The position numbers and the translations under genes are program-made. A DNA stretch of 64,000 nt from Candidatus Melainabacteria bacterium 17Bon1m (GTDB lineage Bacteria > Cyanobacteriota > Vampirovibrionia > Obscuribacterales > Obscuribacteraceae), in NCBI GenBank assembly GCA_032128875.1, contig JAVLKG010000001.1, forward strand, positions 128,001 through 192,000, in the 5' to 3' direction. Position 1 is the stretch's first letter. Every line of letters begins with the position of its first letter. This document shows positions 37,786 to 48,956 of the stretch, piece after piece. The notes below the pieces were generated by a model, which saw only the letters and a program-made list of their open reading frames with translations, did not search any database and was not told the origin of the DNA.

Positions 37786-40200
37786 ATGACGGCACTTAAA
37801 CTCGGAAGAAGGGAATGGCTGGCGTCGGCGTTCTTGGCTATTCTTGCGTTTTTGTCTTTCAGCCCGACTCTTTTCGCTGGTTTTATCAGTGACGACGGGC
37901 AGCAATACACTTACATCTACAATTATCTGCATAGTACGCCATGGATGCTTCTGCAAAATTTCACTAGTTGTTGGATGCAAGATCCTCTCTGGGGACTGCA
38001 TTATCGTCCGATGATGTTGTTTCCTTTAGTGTTTGATGTGTTGGTCTGGAATCAAAACACAATCGGCTGGCATATTACATGTTTGTTGATCCACTGCTCG
38101 TGCACAGTTTTGACATTCCTGTTGGCACGTAAGTTGCTGACTAATCTGGCAGACTATGATGGTCTTTCTATTCCCTTACTTTCAGCGGCGGTTTTCGCGA
38201 CGCATCCGCTGCATGCTGAGTCAGTGGCATGGATCTGCGGAAGGGTCGATAGCGTCTGTACGTTTTTCTATTTGACTGCGTTTGTTTCGTTCTTGCATTC
38301 TTTAGATTCGGAAAGTGAAGGTGGCAAAGTTGCGCGTGTTTTGAGCTTGTGCGCATTTGTTGCGGCGTTGCTGTCTAAAGAAGTAGGCGTAACTATTCCT
38401 GCTGTTCTGGTTTGGTACACAATCTGTTCGAGGCTGAAGGTGCTTCCCTGGGCGAAAGCGATTCTTCTTTCTTTAAAAGAAACTCGAATCTATTGGCTTG
38501 TATTGGGTATTTACATCGTTGTGCGTTCGATTGCGCTTGGTACCTTATATGGTGGCTACCACGGATTTTCTTCTATGGTGCTTGACTCAGTTTGGTTGAC
38601 CGGGTTATTGAGTCCGCGTCTGTTGCAGGGAGTTTTTCTTCCTATTTCATCCGCCCAGTCTGTAGAGCTCGACCCTGTTTTTAGAACTCTCGTGGGGTTG
38701 TATGTTGCACTGTTACTGGCTGCTGTAGCACGTTTTGCAATAGTTCGCGATTGGAAGATTTGGCGTCCTGTGCTCTTTCTTTCTGGGTGGTTGTTAATGG
38801 CGTTTGCCATTGTGGCCAGGGTTTGGTACGCAGCAGGAGATCTGCCCGGTGGGCGTCACTTCTATCTAGTTAGTGTTCCCCTCTGCATTCTTGCGACTCT
38901 CTTGCTTGTTCCAACGTTGTCGAACAACTTAGCAGAGAAAAAACTTCAGAAGTGTGCAATTGGAATCGTATCCGTATTTTGTGTCCTTCTCTTGTCACTC
39001 TCTTTCAAATCTTCAGAACTTTGGGTTGACGCAAGCAGATACGAAGATGCTCTAGGAAAGGGAATAGCAGAGCTAGCTGGAAAACATCCAACAGCGGATC
39101 GATTGGTGTTTCTAAATCCGGCTTCTACGTTTGAGCATCTTCCCTTGTACCCGACATTTGCTAATTTGCAGGGTTGCTTGATGCCACCATTGTTTCCCCC
39201 GGATCTTCACAACAAAATAGCGACGCTACGATCAAATATTTTCAATTTGGATCTGGTGAACAAAAGTGCTTTGGAGGTAAATCTACAAAGTCCTAAGACT
39301 CTCGCATTTGGTTTTGATGGGGATAATCGAGAAGTTTGCGTAGTGCCATCCGATTATTTTTCTAGTGTTGATCAAGATCAATTACGTCTGTCTACGGATG
39401 TGAAGTTGCAACCTGAGACAAAGACGGCTGACGTCGTGGTGTTTTCTTTGAAGCCTGCAGAGGCTGTTAAAAGAGGGTCTATCGACTGTGTTGAAGTTGT
39501 CGCATCATGTGTAATTACCAACAAAAATAGTGCAAAAGAGCCATCATTGTCTTTGACGTGGATAGGAAATGCCGAAGAACGGAAGAGTGGTGTTTTGAGC
39601 GAGTATCGAACACAAGATGGTGCTCGTTCGCTTTGGCGTGTTGATGATACTGATGCATTGGCGAGTTCGCTGGGCTGCTACATAGAAGCTGATGGTAAGC
39701 CGCATAAATATAGATTTCATTTATCCGAAATTTCAAGTTGGGTTTTGTTCGGCAGGTTGTCAGATTTGCAATTGACGGTTTCGCCTGCTAATACTGAGAT
39801 CACATCGGTAAAGCTTTTGAACCTGGAAAATGAAATTCCTAAATTGCATGCTTCGCCTGACAAATGGAATAGGCGACAGAATGGCACTCTGGTTCCCAAA
39901 TCAAACGATTCTCTCGTGCTGAACTTTGATGCAAGCAAAATTGTCGGTGCGAGTCACGTGATGGCAGAGATCTCGCATCCGTTTGAATACTACGAATACT
40001 TCAACTCTACGTACAGGCAAGATGCGCTGTCCCCGCGTAGTTTGAAAAAATATGCGCTTGATGGTTTGAAGGGCGAGATGGAGTTGTGGCGAGAAGACTT
40101 CAAAGTTGCTGGTGAGTATGACGTGCGCGTTGCCGCAGTGGATAAAGACGGTAAGGTGATCGGTTACGTCAGCGACCCGGTGACACTGTCGATTCGATAG
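37786..40200 (+). CDS. GT-C glycosyltransferase (TMTC/PMT-like) with large extracytoplasmic C-terminus
   Basis: FISDD, YRP, HPLHAESVAWICGR and LLSKE motifs. Confidence 0.85.
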   Translation: MTALKLGRREWLASAFLAILAFLSFSPTLFAGFISDDGQQYTYIYNYLHSTPWMLLQNFTSCWMQDPLWGLHYRPMMLFPLVFDVLVWNQNTIGWHITCLLIHCSCTVLTFLLARKLLTNLADYDGLSIPLLSAAVFATHPLHAESVAWICGRVDSVCTFFYLTAFVSFLHSLDSESEGGKVARVLSLCAFVAALLSKEVGVTIPAVLVWYTICSRLKVLPWAKAILLSLKETRIYWLVLGIYIVVRSIALGTLYGGYHGFSSMVLDSVWLTGLLSPRLLQGVFLPISSAQSVELDPVFRTLVGLYVALLLAAVARFAIVRDWKIWRPVLFLSGWLLMAFAIVARVWYAAGDLPGGRHFYLVSVPLCILATLLLVPTLSNNLAEKKLQKCAIGIVSVFCVLLLSLSFKSSELWVDASRYEDALGKGIAELAGKHPTADRLVFLNPASTFEHLPLYPTFANLQGCLMPPLFPPDLHNKIATLRSNIFNLDLVNKSALEVNLQSPKTLAFGFDGDNREVCVVPSDYFSSVDQDQLRLSTDVKLQPETKTADVVVFSLKPAEAVKRGSIDCVEVVASCVITNKNSAKEPSLSLTWIGNAEERKSGVLSEYRTQDGARSLWRVDDTDALASSLGCYIEADGKPHKYRFHLSEISSWVLFGRLSDLQLTVSPANTEITSVKLLNLENEIPKLHASPDKWNRRQNGTLVPKSNDSLVLNFDASKIVGASHVMAEISHPFEYYEYFNSTYRQDALSPRSLKKYALDGLKGEMELWREDFKVAGEYDVRVAAVDKDGKVIGYVSDPVTLSIR

Positions 40201-40344
40201 GATATTCGGGTTTTGCGTATTTGGATTGCATATATAAAGAATGTGTTTTGGGTCTGGGTGTGAGATCCGTTTTTGTGCTGAATTTTCCTCGTATGTATTA
40301 GTGGGTATAGCTTTTGGGGTTTTCGTCCCTGGGGGCGGGCGAGG

Positions 40345-40402
40345 TTGACGCGCGTATCAGAAAGTGGTAATTTACCATCAGGTTAATTAACCGACTGGTG
40401 AA
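40345..40402 (+). promoter_or_regulatory. Sigma70-type promoter and palindromic operator of the ArsR-SRPBCC operon
   Basis: TTGACG-17-TAATTT overlapping the inverted repeat TTTACCA-tca-GGTTAA/TTAACC-gac-TGGTGAA. Confidence 0.7.
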
Positions 40403-40407
40403 ATACG

Positions 40408-40803
40408 ATGAATTCCCAAGATCAATTGAGCACTACATTTGCAGCGCTCGCAGATCCTACACGAAGAGCCATCCTGGCGCGATTGGCTGCGGGCGAGTCC
40501 TCTGTGACAGACCTTGCTGAGCCCTTCGATATGAGCCTTCCGGCCATTACAAAGCACTTGAAGGTTCTTGAGCGTGCAGGGTTGATTTCGCGCACTCGCG
40601 AAGCCCAATGGCGTCCATGTCGGCTGGAGGCAAAACCGCTGCAGCAGGCCGCTGATTGGGTCGAGCAATATAGAAAGTTTTGGGAAGACAGTCTCGATCG
40701 GCTTGAGGAATATATCTCCGAATTGCAAGCGCGTGAGAATCAAGAAGATATACAGAAAGATAACGACAAAGACAAAAGAGGAAAACGAGATGGCAAACAG
40801 TAA
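40408..40803 (+). CDS. ArsR/SmtB-family transcriptional regulator
   Basis: FAALADPTRRAIL and SLPAITKHLKVLERAGLI. Confidence 0.93.
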   Translation: MNSQDQLSTTFAALADPTRRAILARLAAGESSVTDLAEPFDMSLPAITKHLKVLERAGLISRTREAQWRPCRLEAKPLQQAADWVEQYRKFWEDSLDRLEEYISELQARENQEDIQKDNDKDKRGKRDGKQ

Positions 40804-41317
40804 AGAACAATCTTCTACCGTTGAGGGAAAAACTTTCGTTTATACGCGTGTTATAAACGCGCCAAGAGAGCTGGTTTTCCAATGCACCTCCGAGCGTAAG
40901 CACTTGGAGCAATGGTGGGGACCGAAAGGATTTGATCTGACGATCAAAGAGTTCGACTTCAAGGTCGGCGGAACTTTTCTTTATAGAATGGCAGCGCCAA
41001 ATGGTTTTGAAATGTGGGGTAAGTGGGTGATTCGTGAAATCTCCCCTCCTGACAGAATCGTGATTGTCAGCTCGTTTTCCGATCCTGAAGGTGGTGCAGG
41101 CAAGCACCCGATGGCTCCTGATTGGCCGCAAGATACTCTTTGCACTTATACATTTGAAGCGCAGGGTGATAAAACGAAGTTGACTCTTGAGGCTGTGCCA
41201 ATCAACGCAAGCGAGCTAGAGCGCAAGACCTTCGAAGATGGCTTCGAATCAATGAATGGCGGATACGCGGCTACGCTCGATAAGCTCGACGAATATCTGT
41301 TGACGTTGAATAAGTAA
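40790..41317 (+). CDS. SRPBCC/AHSA1 ligand-binding domain protein
   Basis: RVINAPRELVF, WWGP, DFKVGG and PPDRIV. ATG 40790 follows GAGG and overlaps the ArsR stop region. Confidence 0.9.
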   Translation: MANSKEQSSTVEGKTFVYTRVINAPRELVFQCTSERKHLEQWWGPKGFDLTIKEFDFKVGGTFLYRMAAPNGFEMWGKWVIREISPPDRIVIVSSFSDPEGGAGKHPMAPDWPQDTLCTYTFEAQGDKTKLTLEAVPINASELERKTFEDGFESMNGGYAATLDKLDEYLLTLNK

Positions 41318-41339
41318 TCCGGTTAATTGTTCAGCGACC

Positions 41340-42125
41340 CTAGTCAATCCGCATTTGCGGATCCAGCCCCCAGCCTGTGAGAATTTCTCTCTCCTCGCTG
41401 GGGGATTTGGCTTTTTTGAATTTTGCTCCAGATTGCCCTTTAACGCGGCGTTCGCACTCAGCCCATGTTTTGTGGCGCTGTAGAACTCCGTTATGATAGC
41501 TCAAGTAGGTTGTAGGTCCGCCACCGCCGCCGCCGCCTTTGCTGCCCGAGCTGGTATTACTGCTGGTGCCTGAAGGTTTCTTATTCTCAGGTACCGGTTC
41601 GGCATCAGGTAATTCGCTCAAGTCGATAAAGTATCCAGCACGCGGACCAACATAAAGTTGTTCAGGTTTGTTCTTTGCGAACGACACTGCGATTTCGTCG
41701 CAGCGCTCATTGCCCGCATAACCCGAATGCCCGCGCACGTATCGCCACTCAACATTTGATGGCTTCAGCCTTGTAACTTGTCTCAATAGCTCTTCCCAGA
41801 GCTCTCTATTCGCGACGTCTTTTCCATCAGCACTCTTCCATCCGCGTGAGCGCCAGCCCCAGATCCACTGCGTTATCCCTTTGATTACGTATGAGGAGTC
41901 TGTGTAGAGAACAATCGGCGTTGCTTCTTTGGGCTCAAGCATCGCTAGAGCGCGAATTGCCGCAGCCATTTCCATGCGATTGTTGGTCGTTTCTTTGACG
42001 CCGCCGCCTAGCTCGTGCACCGCGCCGTCCGGCAGTGAAACTATGCATGCCCAGCCGCCTGGTCCGGGATTTCCGGTGCAGGCTCCATCCGTGTATATAA
42101 GAATTGATGATGGTGATAATGTCAT
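41340..42125 (-). CDS. rnhA: Ribonuclease HI with C-terminal hybrid-binding (caulimovirus viroplasmin-like) domain
   Basis: IYTDGAC.GNPGPGG, TNNRME, TDSSY and VRGHSG..GNE.CD. C-terminal TWAECERRVKG.SGAKFKK. Confidence 0.93.
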   Translation of the reverse strand: MTLSPSSILIYTDGACTGNPGPGGWACIVSLPDGAVHELGGGVKETTNNRMEMAAAIRALAMLEPKEATPIVLYTDSSYVIKGITQWIWGWRSRGWKSADGKDVANRELWEELLRQVTRLKPSNVEWRYVRGHSGYAGNERCDEIAVSFAKNKPEQLYVGPRAGYFIDLSELPDAEPVPENKKPSGTSSNTSSGSKGGGGGGGPTTYLSYHNGVLQRHKTWAECERRVKGQSGAKFKKAKSPSEEREILTGWGLDPQMRID

Positions 42126-42249
42126 GTCGGCTAGGAATTATCGCACACGATTGCGAGCGGGCGAAACATCTCGCCCGAACAGTATGCCTACGCGGTTCGC
42201 CAACGCAGTCTGCCAACGCGGCCTGTCAAAACAGCTTCCGGCGCCGTGG

Positions 42250-42293
42250 TTGACAAACCTGTGGCGGATGCGCATACTTAAGTATATGCTTAA
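42250..42293 (+). promoter_or_regulatory. Promoter and operator of the second ArsR gene, likely leaderless
   Basis: TTGACA-17-CATACT placed 7 nt before ATG 42286. The palindrome TTAAGT-ATAT-GCTTAA spans the start codon. Confidence 0.65.
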
Positions 42294-42615
42294 CCAATCT
42301 GATTCGCTTGACCTAGTATTTCAGGCGCTGGCTGATCCCACGCGAAGGGTCATGGTTGAACGCTTGACTCGAGGACCTGCTTCCGTCAGCGAACTTGCGC
42401 GGCCGCTCGATATGTCATTACCCGCTGTTGTTCAGCATCTGCAGGTACTTGAAGCGAGTGGGCTTGTCAAAACCGCAAAAGTTGGACGCGTGCGGACCTG
42501 CACGATTGATTCAAAGACGCTCACGCTTGCTGAGAAGTGGATAAACGACCGGCGCACGCTATGGGAGCGTCGCTTGGATCGCTTGGGTAATCTTCTTGAT
42601 GAAGATCAGGACTAA
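42286..42615 (+). CDS. ArsR/SmtB-family transcriptional regulator
   Basis: MLNQ...FQALADPTRR...SLPAVVQHLQVLEASGLV. The track start at 41929 is over-extended. Confidence 0.92.
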   Translation: MLNQSDSLDLVFQALADPTRRVMVERLTRGPASVSELARPLDMSLPAVVQHLQVLEASGLVKTAKVGRVRTCTIDSKTLTLAEKWINDRRTLWERRLDRLGNLLDEDQD

Positions 42616-43490
42616 GACTTCGTTCCCTTTTTCAATTTCTTGATTGCTTCTTCTGCCAGATCGCTGTCGGGATAGTTTTTCTCTAGCTCAGGAGCAAGTG
42701 TTTCTGCCAGCCACTTTTCGGCGCCTTTGATATCTGCCCAGAGGTAGCCACAGTCCATAACATATGCTTCAGCTTCCCGCTCGTCACCGAATCCGATTGT
42801 GCTTGGTGCGCTCTCCGGGAGCGGTAAAACTTCAGCGAGATAAATCGGCACGTGCATGTTGACGTTGAATGCTTTGATCAAGAACTGATTTGTTTTGTCG
42901 GACGAGCCGTATTTTCTAAAGAGGTGAAGTGCTTTGGTGTAGCTCAGTACAGCGCTTGCCTCATCTTCATATTTTGCAAGCAAACGTTCGAGCTCTTCTC
43001 CGCGGTTTGCCTCGAGCAAGCAAGCGGCAAATTGATAATGGACGCCCTGGTGATCAGTTGGATTCCACTCCATCAATTTGCGATATATATCCAATGCCTC
43101 ATCGATTTGATCTTCCCACTGGAGATCAATCGCGAGCATTGCCATGGAATGCATTAGCGGGCGAGTTTCGCTGGAGAGCCAAAAGCTTCCTTTGTAACGG
43201 CGTTCCCACTCGTTGCCGAGCATCTTCTCCGCCGCTTCGATTGCCTTTCTGTAGTGCTTCATTCGAGCCGAGCGTTCGGATGTTTCTTCCGCGATAAGGG
43301 TGTGAGCTTCAGCGCAACCTGGGAAAATCGAGAGTGCTTCCTTCGCAAGCTCAAGACGCTTTTTGCCTTCTTCTGCGCGTGCTTGGGAAACCTTCTTCTG
43401 CGCCAAGCGTAGTTCTTCTGGTGCTTTCGGTGCGCCTGGCACTTCGCGACGAATCAGGAAGACGTTAGATTTAGTGGTGCGCTTTGTCAC
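42612..43490 (-). CDS. TPR-like hypothetical protein
   Basis: [17 protein letters not shown]...ETRP.M, NP.D.QG and A...N.HVP.YL helical motifs. Confidence 0.8.
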   Translation of the reverse strand: MTKRTTKSNVFLIRREVPGAPKAPEELRLAQKKVSQARAEEGKKRLELAKEALSIFPGCAEAHTLIAEETSERSARMKHYRKAIEAAEKMLGNEWERRYKGSFWLSSETRPLMHSMAMLAIDLQWEDQIDEALDIYRKLMEWNPTDHQGVHYQFAACLLEANRGEELERLLAKYEDEASAVLSYTKALHLFRKYGSSDKTNQFLIKAFNVNMHVPIYLAEVLPLPESAPSTIGFGDEREAEAYVMDCGYLWADIKGAEKWLAETLAPELEKNYPDSDLAEEAIKKLKKGTKS

Positions 43491-43557
43491 GGTTTGAAGA
43501 CCTCGGCGAATTCACGGCTTACAAAACCATGATTTTATCAGAGGTTCCAAGAGTTTT

Positions 43558-46080
43558 CTATCGCAATGTTTCAAGCTTCTTCGCAAGGTATGGTGCGGTC
43601 CGGCTGGAAGTAGATTTTGCAACCTTCTCAGGAGTTCCTTTTGCAACTACCTTTCCACCTAAATCACCAGCACCTGGACCCAGGTCAATAACCCAATCCG
43701 CTGATGCAACAACATCCATGTCGTGCTCAACGACAATCACAGTGTTTCCTCCGTCCACGAGTGCGTGCATCAACATCATTAGCTTTTCTACATCAGCAGG
43801 GTGAAGACCTGTTGTTGGTTCATCCAGCAGGTAAACCGTGTTGCCTGTTTGAACTCGCTGCAACTCGGTAGCAAGCTTGATGCGTTGCGCTTCTCCACCG
43901 GACAACTCTGTCGCCGGTTGTCCGAGTTTTAAGTAACCCAAGCCAACTTCACGCAGTGTTTTGAGAGCGCGTTCAACTGCCGGAATTTCAGTGAAAAACT
44001 CGCTTGCAGCATCAACGGTCATGTCCAATACATCAGCGATGTTGTGATCGCGATACTTGATTGCAAGAGTTTCTTCGTTATAGCGTGTTCCGCCACACGC
44101 TGCGCAAGGGCTGTAAACGCTCGGGAGAAAGAGGAGTTCAACCGAGACGAAACCTTCGCCTTCACATGTGGTGCAGCGCCCGCCGTCTACGTTGAATGAA
44201 AAACGTCCGGCGTTATATCCGCGCGCTTTTGCTTCTGGAGTCGCTGCGAATTTCTTTCGAATGAAGTCGAACAGTCCAGTGTATGTCGCAAGGTTGGAAC
44301 GCGGAGTTCTGCCGATCGGTTTTTGATCGACGCACACCAGGCGTTTGATGTTTTCCAGTCCTTCAATCTTTGCTGGACGTTGTTCGTCTATTTCTTCTTC
44401 GATTTCTTCTGCATCTTCCTCTGACTCTTCTTCTGTTTTCTGGCTTCCTAAAGCGGAATTCAATGTGTCCGCCAAAACCTGGCTTATCAGCGTTGACTTG
44501 CCACTGCCGGAGATTCCAGTTACTACAGTGAGAACAGATAAGGGCAACTCTATTTCAAGATCTTTGAGATTGTGCCTGTTGATAGCACTTAGTTTCATCC
44601 AGCCCGACGGTGCAATAGGTTTTCTAATGCTTTGTGATTGCTCGTTGAAAACATACTTCTTCGTAAGAGACTCGCTCGCTTTTGATAGCCCTTCGATCGG
44701 GCCGCTATAGAGTAGCTTGCCACCCTTGTCACCGGCATGCGGACCGACATCCACTATCCAATCTGCAGCTCGCACAAGATCCATCTCGTGCTCCACTACG
44801 AAAAGCGAATTGCCGTCTTCCTTCAATTGAGAGAGTGTCTTAAGCAGTGCTTCTGTATCGGCTGGGTGCAGCCCGGCAGATGGTTCGTCCAAGACATAAA
44901 CCACACCGAATAGCCCAGAGCGTAACTGAGTGGTGAGGCGGAGTCTTTGTAATTCACCAGCTGAAAGTGTAGGAGTGGATCGATCCAATGAAAGGTAGTC
45001 TAACCCCAGTTCACTCAGCAGTGCGATTCGATCTATCAGATCCGTGACGATTAGTTTTGCAACTTCTTCGTTCGCTGCAGTCGCATCAATGCCTTTAGTT
45101 GAAGGCGACTTTGACGAGAGTTCTTTTTTCAGAACTGCGGCGAGCTCTGCCAGAGACATTTGCGAAAGTTGCGCGATATCGAAGCCGCCAAATTTTACGG
45201 CGAGAGCCTCTGCTCTCAACCGCTTTCCACCACATGCGGTGCACGGCGCTTTTTCCATAAATCGTGCAACACGCTTTCTCAAAGTGGGGCTCTGTGTGGT
45301 AGCAAAAGTATGGCGAACATACACTGCTGCGCTCATATAGGTCCCTTGATACGGACGCTGAATTCGATGCGCCTCACGCTCTGCATGCACTGTGACGACC
45401 GGCTTTTCTTCCGTAAATAAGATCCAGTCGCGGTCCTTTTTCTTTAGTTCTTTCCACGGTTTGTTTACGTCATAGCCAAGAACGTTCAAAATGTCGCGAT
45501 AGTTCTTTCCTTGCCATGCACCGGGCCAAGCCGCAACTGCACCTTCTTTGATACTCAAACTGTCATCCGGAACCAACGATGCTTCGCTGACCGTATGAAG
45601 AATTCCAATGCCGTGGCAATCTGGGCAAGCGCCCGTGTGGGTGTTTGGGGAGAATGCGTCAGAGTCGAGTCGTTCTTTCGCGTTTTTCGGATAAGTGCCA
45701 GCGCGAGAGAAGAGCATCCTCAGCGAATTCGATAAATTGGTTATTGTTCCGACTGAAGAACGTGCAGTTGGCTCGCCGCGTCTTTGCTGCAACGCGACTG
45801 CCGGCGGTAAGCCTCGTATTTCAGTAACTTTTGGCGCCGGCAGCTGTGCGATCAAGCGGCGCGCATATGGTGCAATTGAATCGAAATAACGGCGTTGTGC
45901 TTCCGCAAAAATTGTGCCAAACGCAATTGATGATTTGCCTGATCCAGAAACCCCGGTGAAAACAACAAATGCATTTCGCGGTATGTCGATATCGATACCG
46001 CACAAATTGTTTTGTCGGGCTCCACGAACTTCAACAAATCCATCTTTATGTGCTGTGTTTTTGGAGAGCGTCGTTTTCAT
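43558..46080 (-). CDS. uvrA: UvrA-family ABC ATPase (short class II / DrrC-like)
   Basis: Two GxSGSGKS Walker A motifs, LSAGELQR and LSGGEAQR signatures, zinc fingers. At 840 aa it lacks part of the canonical UvrA insertion. Confidence 0.88.
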   Translation of the reverse strand: MKTTLSKNTAHKDGFVEVRGARQNNLCGIDIDIPRNAFVVFTGVSGSGKSSIAFGTIFAEAQRRYFDSIAPYARRLIAQLPAPKVTEIRGLPPAVALQQRRGEPTARSSVGTITNLSNSLRMLFSRAGTYPKNAKERLDSDAFSPNTHTGACPDCHGIGILHTVSEASLVPDDSLSIKEGAVAAWPGAWQGKNYRDILNVLGYDVNKPWKELKKKDRDWILFTEEKPVVTVHAEREAHRIQRPYQGTYMSAAVYVRHTFATTQSPTLRKRVARFMEKAPCTACGGKRLRAEALAVKFGGFDIAQLSQMSLAELAAVLKKELSSKSPSTKGIDATAANEEVAKLIVTDLIDRIALLSELGLDYLSLDRSTPTLSAGELQRLRLTTQLRSGLFGVVYVLDEPSAGLHPADTEALLKTLSQLKEDGNSLFVVEHEMDLVRAADWIVDVGPHAGDKGGKLLYSGPIEGLSKASESLTKKYVFNEQSQSIRKPIAPSGWMKLSAINRHNLKDLEIELPLSVLTVVTGISGSGKSTLISQVLADTLNSALGSQKTEEESEEDAEEIEEEIDEQRPAKIEGLENIKRLVCVDQKPIGRTPRSNLATYTGLFDFIRKKFAATPEAKARGYNAGRFSFNVDGGRCTTCEGEGFVSVELLFLPSVYSPCAACGGTRYNEETLAIKYRDHNIADVLDMTVDAASEFFTEIPAVERALKTLREVGLGYLKLGQPATELSGGEAQRIKLATELQRVQTGNTVYLLDEPTTGLHPADVEKLMMLMHALVDGGNTVIVVEHDMDVVASADWVIDLGPGAGDLGGKVVAKGTPEKVAKSTSSRTAPYLAKKLETLR

Positions 46081-46316
46081 CTAAGGCTTCAGTTTCTGCG
46101 CGAAACACCATTTGCCGCGCGAGACATCATTAAATCACACTGGAAATGCCGCAAAGCGGGGCACACGGATTGCGTTGCTGGATCTGGGGTTGCAAATAGG
46201 ATTGGTTTTCAAGAAACGTGCTGTTACTTTTGGCTGCTTTTCCCTGCCCTGTACGAGGTTTAAGGGTAAAATAGCTTTTCTTAAAGCATATTTCTTGCAT
46301 CACAGGGGACCAAACC

Positions 46317-48029
46317 GTGAGCTCTTCCGCACCCGCGAAAACTACTGATTTCATCAGAGAAATCATTAACGACGACCTGCAAGCCAAGCGCCACACCAAG
46401 GTGCTGACTCGCTTTCCTCCAGAGCCGAATGGTTTTTTGCACATCGGACATGCCAAGTCCATCTGCTTGAATTTCGGTATTGGTGTTGAATACGCCGAGA
46501 AGTTGCCGGGCACTGGAAGCGGTTGCAATTTGCGCTTCGACGACACCGATCCTGCGAAGGAAGACACTCTGTTTGAAGAGGGCATTCAAGACGACGTCCG
46601 CTGGCTTGGCTTCCAGTGGGATGGTTTCTTCCATGCAAGTGATTACTTCGAAAAGATGTATGAGTATGCGGAACATCTCATTGAAGCGGGAAAAGCTTAC
46701 GTCTGCAGTTTGAGCGATGCTGAGACAAAACAATATCGTGGTGATGTAAAAACACCTGGCACAAACAGTCCATATCGCGAGCGCACAGTTGAAGAGAGTT
46801 TGGACTTGTTCCGTCGTATGCGTAAGGGCGAGTTCAAAGATGGTGAACACGTCCTGCGTGCGAAGATCGACATGGCTAACGCCAATATGAAGATGCGCGA
46901 TCCGATGCTTTATCGCATTCGCCACACTGCGCACCACATGACCGGTGATAAGTGGTGCATTTATCCAATGTACGACTATGCGCATCCAATTTCTGATGCG
47001 CTGGAAGGAATAACACATAGTATTTGCACTCTCGAGTTCGAAAACAATCGTGAGTTATATGACTGGGTTATCGACAATTTGATTGATTACGCAAAGTTTC
47101 CCAGTCGTCCAAGGCAGTACGAATTTGCAAGGTTGAACTTGAATTACACCGTGATGAGCAAACGGCGTTTGCTTGAACTCGTGGAAGGCAAGCACGTTGA
47201 TGGTTGGGATGATCCCAGACTTCCTACGATTGCTGGAATGAGACGTCGTGGTATCACACCAGAAGCTATTCGCAATTTTTGTACAACTGTAGGTGTTGCT
47301 AAAGCTAACAGTACAGTCGACATGGCTCAACTCGAATTTTGTATTAGGGATGACCTCAACCAAAAGGCACCACGGGTGATGGCTGTTTTGAAACCACTTA
47401 AGGTGGTGATTGAAGGCTATCCGGATGACAAAGTTGAAGAGCTCGATGCCTCATATTGGCCGCATGATGTTCCCAAAGAAGGCTCGCGCAAGGTGCCATT
47501 CTGCAAAGAGATTTACATTGAACAAGACGATTTCATGCTCGAACCGCCTAAGGATTATTTCCGTTTGGCACCTGGGCAAGAAGTTCGTCTGCGCTATGCG
47601 TATTGCATCAAGTGCACCGATGTCGTGAAGGATTCGAACGGCAATGTAACTGAAGTTCGTTGCACTTATGATCCTGATACTCTCGGCAATAATCCTGTTG
47701 GTCGCAAGGTCAAAGGAACGATTCACTGGGTTAGCGCTCGTCATTCAGTTGATGCAGAAGTTCGTCTCTACGACCGACTGCTTTCCGAAGAAGCTCCGCC
47801 GACCGGCAAGGACAGCGAATTCCTCAATGCAATCAATCCTAATGCACTTCAGGTTTTGAAGGGCTGCAAATTGGAAAGAAGCCTGGGCGAAGCTGCCTCT
47901 GGTGATCGCTTTCAATTCGAGCGTCAAGGATATTTTGTCGTTGATACGAAGGACGCCAAGCCTGGTGCTCTCGTTTTCAATCGCATCGTAACTTTGAAAG
48001 ACTCGTGGGCAAAAGCTCAGAAGAAGTAG
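46317..48029 (+). CDS. glnS: Glutamine--tRNA ligase
   Basis: [38 protein letters not shown] and FQFERQGYF. Confidence 0.96.
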   Translation: MSSSAPAKTTDFIREIINDDLQAKRHTKVLTRFPPEPNGFLHIGHAKSICLNFGIGVEYAEKLPGTGSGCNLRFDDTDPAKEDTLFEEGIQDDVRWLGFQWDGFFHASDYFEKMYEYAEHLIEAGKAYVCSLSDAETKQYRGDVKTPGTNSPYRERTVEESLDLFRRMRKGEFKDGEHVLRAKIDMANANMKMRDPMLYRIRHTAHHMTGDKWCIYPMYDYAHPISDALEGITHSICTLEFENNRELYDWVIDNLIDYAKFPSRPRQYEFARLNLNYTVMSKRRLLELVEGKHVDGWDDPRLPTIAGMRRRGITPEAIRNFCTTVGVAKANSTVDMAQLEFCIRDDLNQKAPRVMAVLKPLKVVIEGYPDDKVEELDASYWPHDVPKEGSRKVPFCKEIYIEQDDFMLEPPKDYFRLAPGQEVRLRYAYCIKCTDVVKDSNGNVTEVRCTYDPDTLGNNPVGRKVKGTIHWVSARHSVDAEVRLYDRLLSEEAPPTGKDSEFLNAINPNALQVLKGCKLERSLGEAASGDRFQFERQGYFVVDTKDAKPGALVFNRIVTLKDSWAKAQKK

Positions 48030-48059
48030 AGTAAGCACTACAGCCATAGAGGTTCAGCA

Positions 48060-48953
48060 ATGAATAATTTCAGCGTTTGCTTTTGGATGGACGGTGAGGC
48101 AGCGAATGCTTTCGCCTTCTATCAAACGGTCTTCAAAAACGTGAAGAAGCTGTCGTCTTTGAATTACAGTGATGCAAACAGCGGACATGGCGGTCTCCCT
48201 GCAGGCAGTTTGATGACTGTCGAGTTTGAACTTGAGGGACTCCAAATCCTTTTGCTGAATGGCGGGCCGATATTCAAAACTAATCCATCGATTTCTTTGC
48301 ACGTCGCGTGTGAGACTGTTGCAGAGTGCGATGAGCTGTTCAACAAGCTTGCGGATGGCGGTGAAGTTTTGATGCCACTGGACAAATATCCGTTCAGTGA
48401 AAAGTTTGGTTGGGTCAACGATAAGTTCGGCATTTCCTGGCGCGTGATTGTCGGCAAGGCTTCGCAGAAAGTGACGCCAACACTGATGTACCAAGGTGGC
48501 AGCGACAGCACCGCTGAAGCAGCGATGAATCACTATACCTCTATCTTCAAGAATTCAAAGATTCTTGCTGCGCATAAATTTGAAGAAGGTGAGGGTCCCG
48601 TCAATCTTGTGAAGTACGCCGAGTTTGAATTGAACGGCGAATTGTTTATGGCATTTGATAGCCCAATTGCTCATGCATTCAATTTCAGTGAAGGTGTTTC
48701 GCTGATCGCATATTGCAAAACTCAGGAAGAGGTCGATCACTTTTGGGACAAACTAGTAGAAGGCGGAAGACCCAGTCAATGCGGCTGGCTCGTCGACAAG
48801 TTCGGCGTGTCCTGGCAGATTATTCCTACTGTGATGATTGAGTTGATGCAATCTCAAGATGCCAAAGGATACGATAGCGTGATGCAGGCCATGCTGGAAA
48901 TGGTGAAGCTGGATATCAAAGCTTTAGAGAAAGCAGCTTACGCGCACAAGTAG
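48060..48953 (+). CDS. Tandem VOC/PhnB (3-demethylubiquinone-9 3-methyltransferase-like) protein
   Basis: Two repeats ending GWVNDKFGISW and CGWLVDKFGVSWQ. Confidence 0.9.
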   Translation: MNNFSVCFWMDGEAANAFAFYQTVFKNVKKLSSLNYSDANSGHGGLPAGSLMTVEFELEGLQILLLNGGPIFKTNPSISLHVACETVAECDELFNKLADGGEVLMPLDKYPFSEKFGWVNDKFGISWRVIVGKASQKVTPTLMYQGGSDSTAEAAMNHYTSIFKNSKILAAHKFEEGEGPVNLVKYAEFELNGELFMAFDSPIAHAFNFSEGVSLIAYCKTQEEVDHFWDKLVEGGRPSQCGWLVDKFGVSWQIIPTVMIELMQSQDAKGYDSVMQAMLEMVKLDIKALEKAAYAHK

Positions 48954-48956
48954 ACA

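Noticed and set aside
41929-42285. N-terminal extension of the second ArsR in the ORF track
   Set aside because: It overlaps rnhA on the opposite strand, and the promoter and homology point to ATG 42286.
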